Shown in pieces: positions 63,514 through 64,000 of a stretch of DNA of 64,000 nt (its first letter is position 1; every line of letters starts with the position of its first letter). The DNA is taken from NCBI RefSeq assembly GCF_032191835.1, contig NC_083229.1:79298001-79362000 (forward strand). The letters run 5' to 3'. The notes beneath the pieces are model-generated. The model was given only the letters and a program-made list of their open reading frames with translations, searched no databases and was not told the DNA's origin. A program made the translations under genes and the position numbers. Source of the stretch: Heteronotia binoei (taxonomy: Eukaryota).

Positions 63514-63842
63514 TAGGGTCACCAGGTCCCTTGTTGGAAGTGGGGGTCTCCTGCTGCCAAACCCTACTCCCAGCCTGCCGATTAACAGCCTGGCAGGAGG
63601 TACTTATCAGGAGAAAGGAAAAGGCTTACTGCTGGCTCCACACAGGAAGTGACATCAACATGCCAGTGTAGAAGCCAGTTTTACTATAGAATTTTAGTCC
63701 AAATATCAGGGCATCACTCAGACATCAATAGTGTAATGATGTCACTTCCTGTACAGTGCCAGCAGTGAGGTCTAGGCCTTTCTCTTTCTCCTCTTAAGTC
63801 TCTCCATCCCTGCTGGTTGCCAGGAGGGACCTGGCAACCCTA
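63514..63842 (+). mobile_element. hAT (Blackjack-like) MITE, 329 bp
   Basis: TIRs TAGGGTCACCAGG / CCTGGCAACCCTA; perfect TSD ATGTTTCC. Confidence 0.9.
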
Positions 63843-64000
63843 ATGTTTCCTGGTGCTATTTAGGGTGCTGGTTTTAATCTTTCAGGCCCTTGACATCCCG
63901 GGATCCACATACTTGAAGGACTTCCTCTCACTTTATATACATGCCAGTCATTTTTGGTCACTCCAGCACTTGGTTTTAAATATACCATTTGCCCCCCCCC

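Overview
Vertebrate genomic DNA, most likely a squamate and probably a gecko (inferred from the SINE and MITE complement). The window holds two late coding exons of ZNF521 on the + strand (3989-4120 and 9630-9745). The rest is the long final intron; the terminal exon was not found. The introns are packed with transposable elements: Squam3-like, Squam2-like and 5S-derived SINEs; CR1, L2, RTE-BovB and Penelope fragments; many hAT MITEs with 8-bp TSDs; a CpG-rich palindromic MITE; two related solo LTRs; and a truncated U6 retrocopy. The main feature is a near-complete but decayed Ngaro-type tyrosine-recombinase retrotransposon (35941-41670, minus strand) encoding gag, RT-RNase H, tyrosine recombinase and an SGNH hydrolase. 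It has a consensus splice donor inside gag and a strong acceptor just before the hydrolase. The two sites are phase-matched, predicting an env-like spliced mRNA for a Gag-N/esterase fusion protein. Four assembly gaps are present. All family names come from sequence recognition, not database searches.
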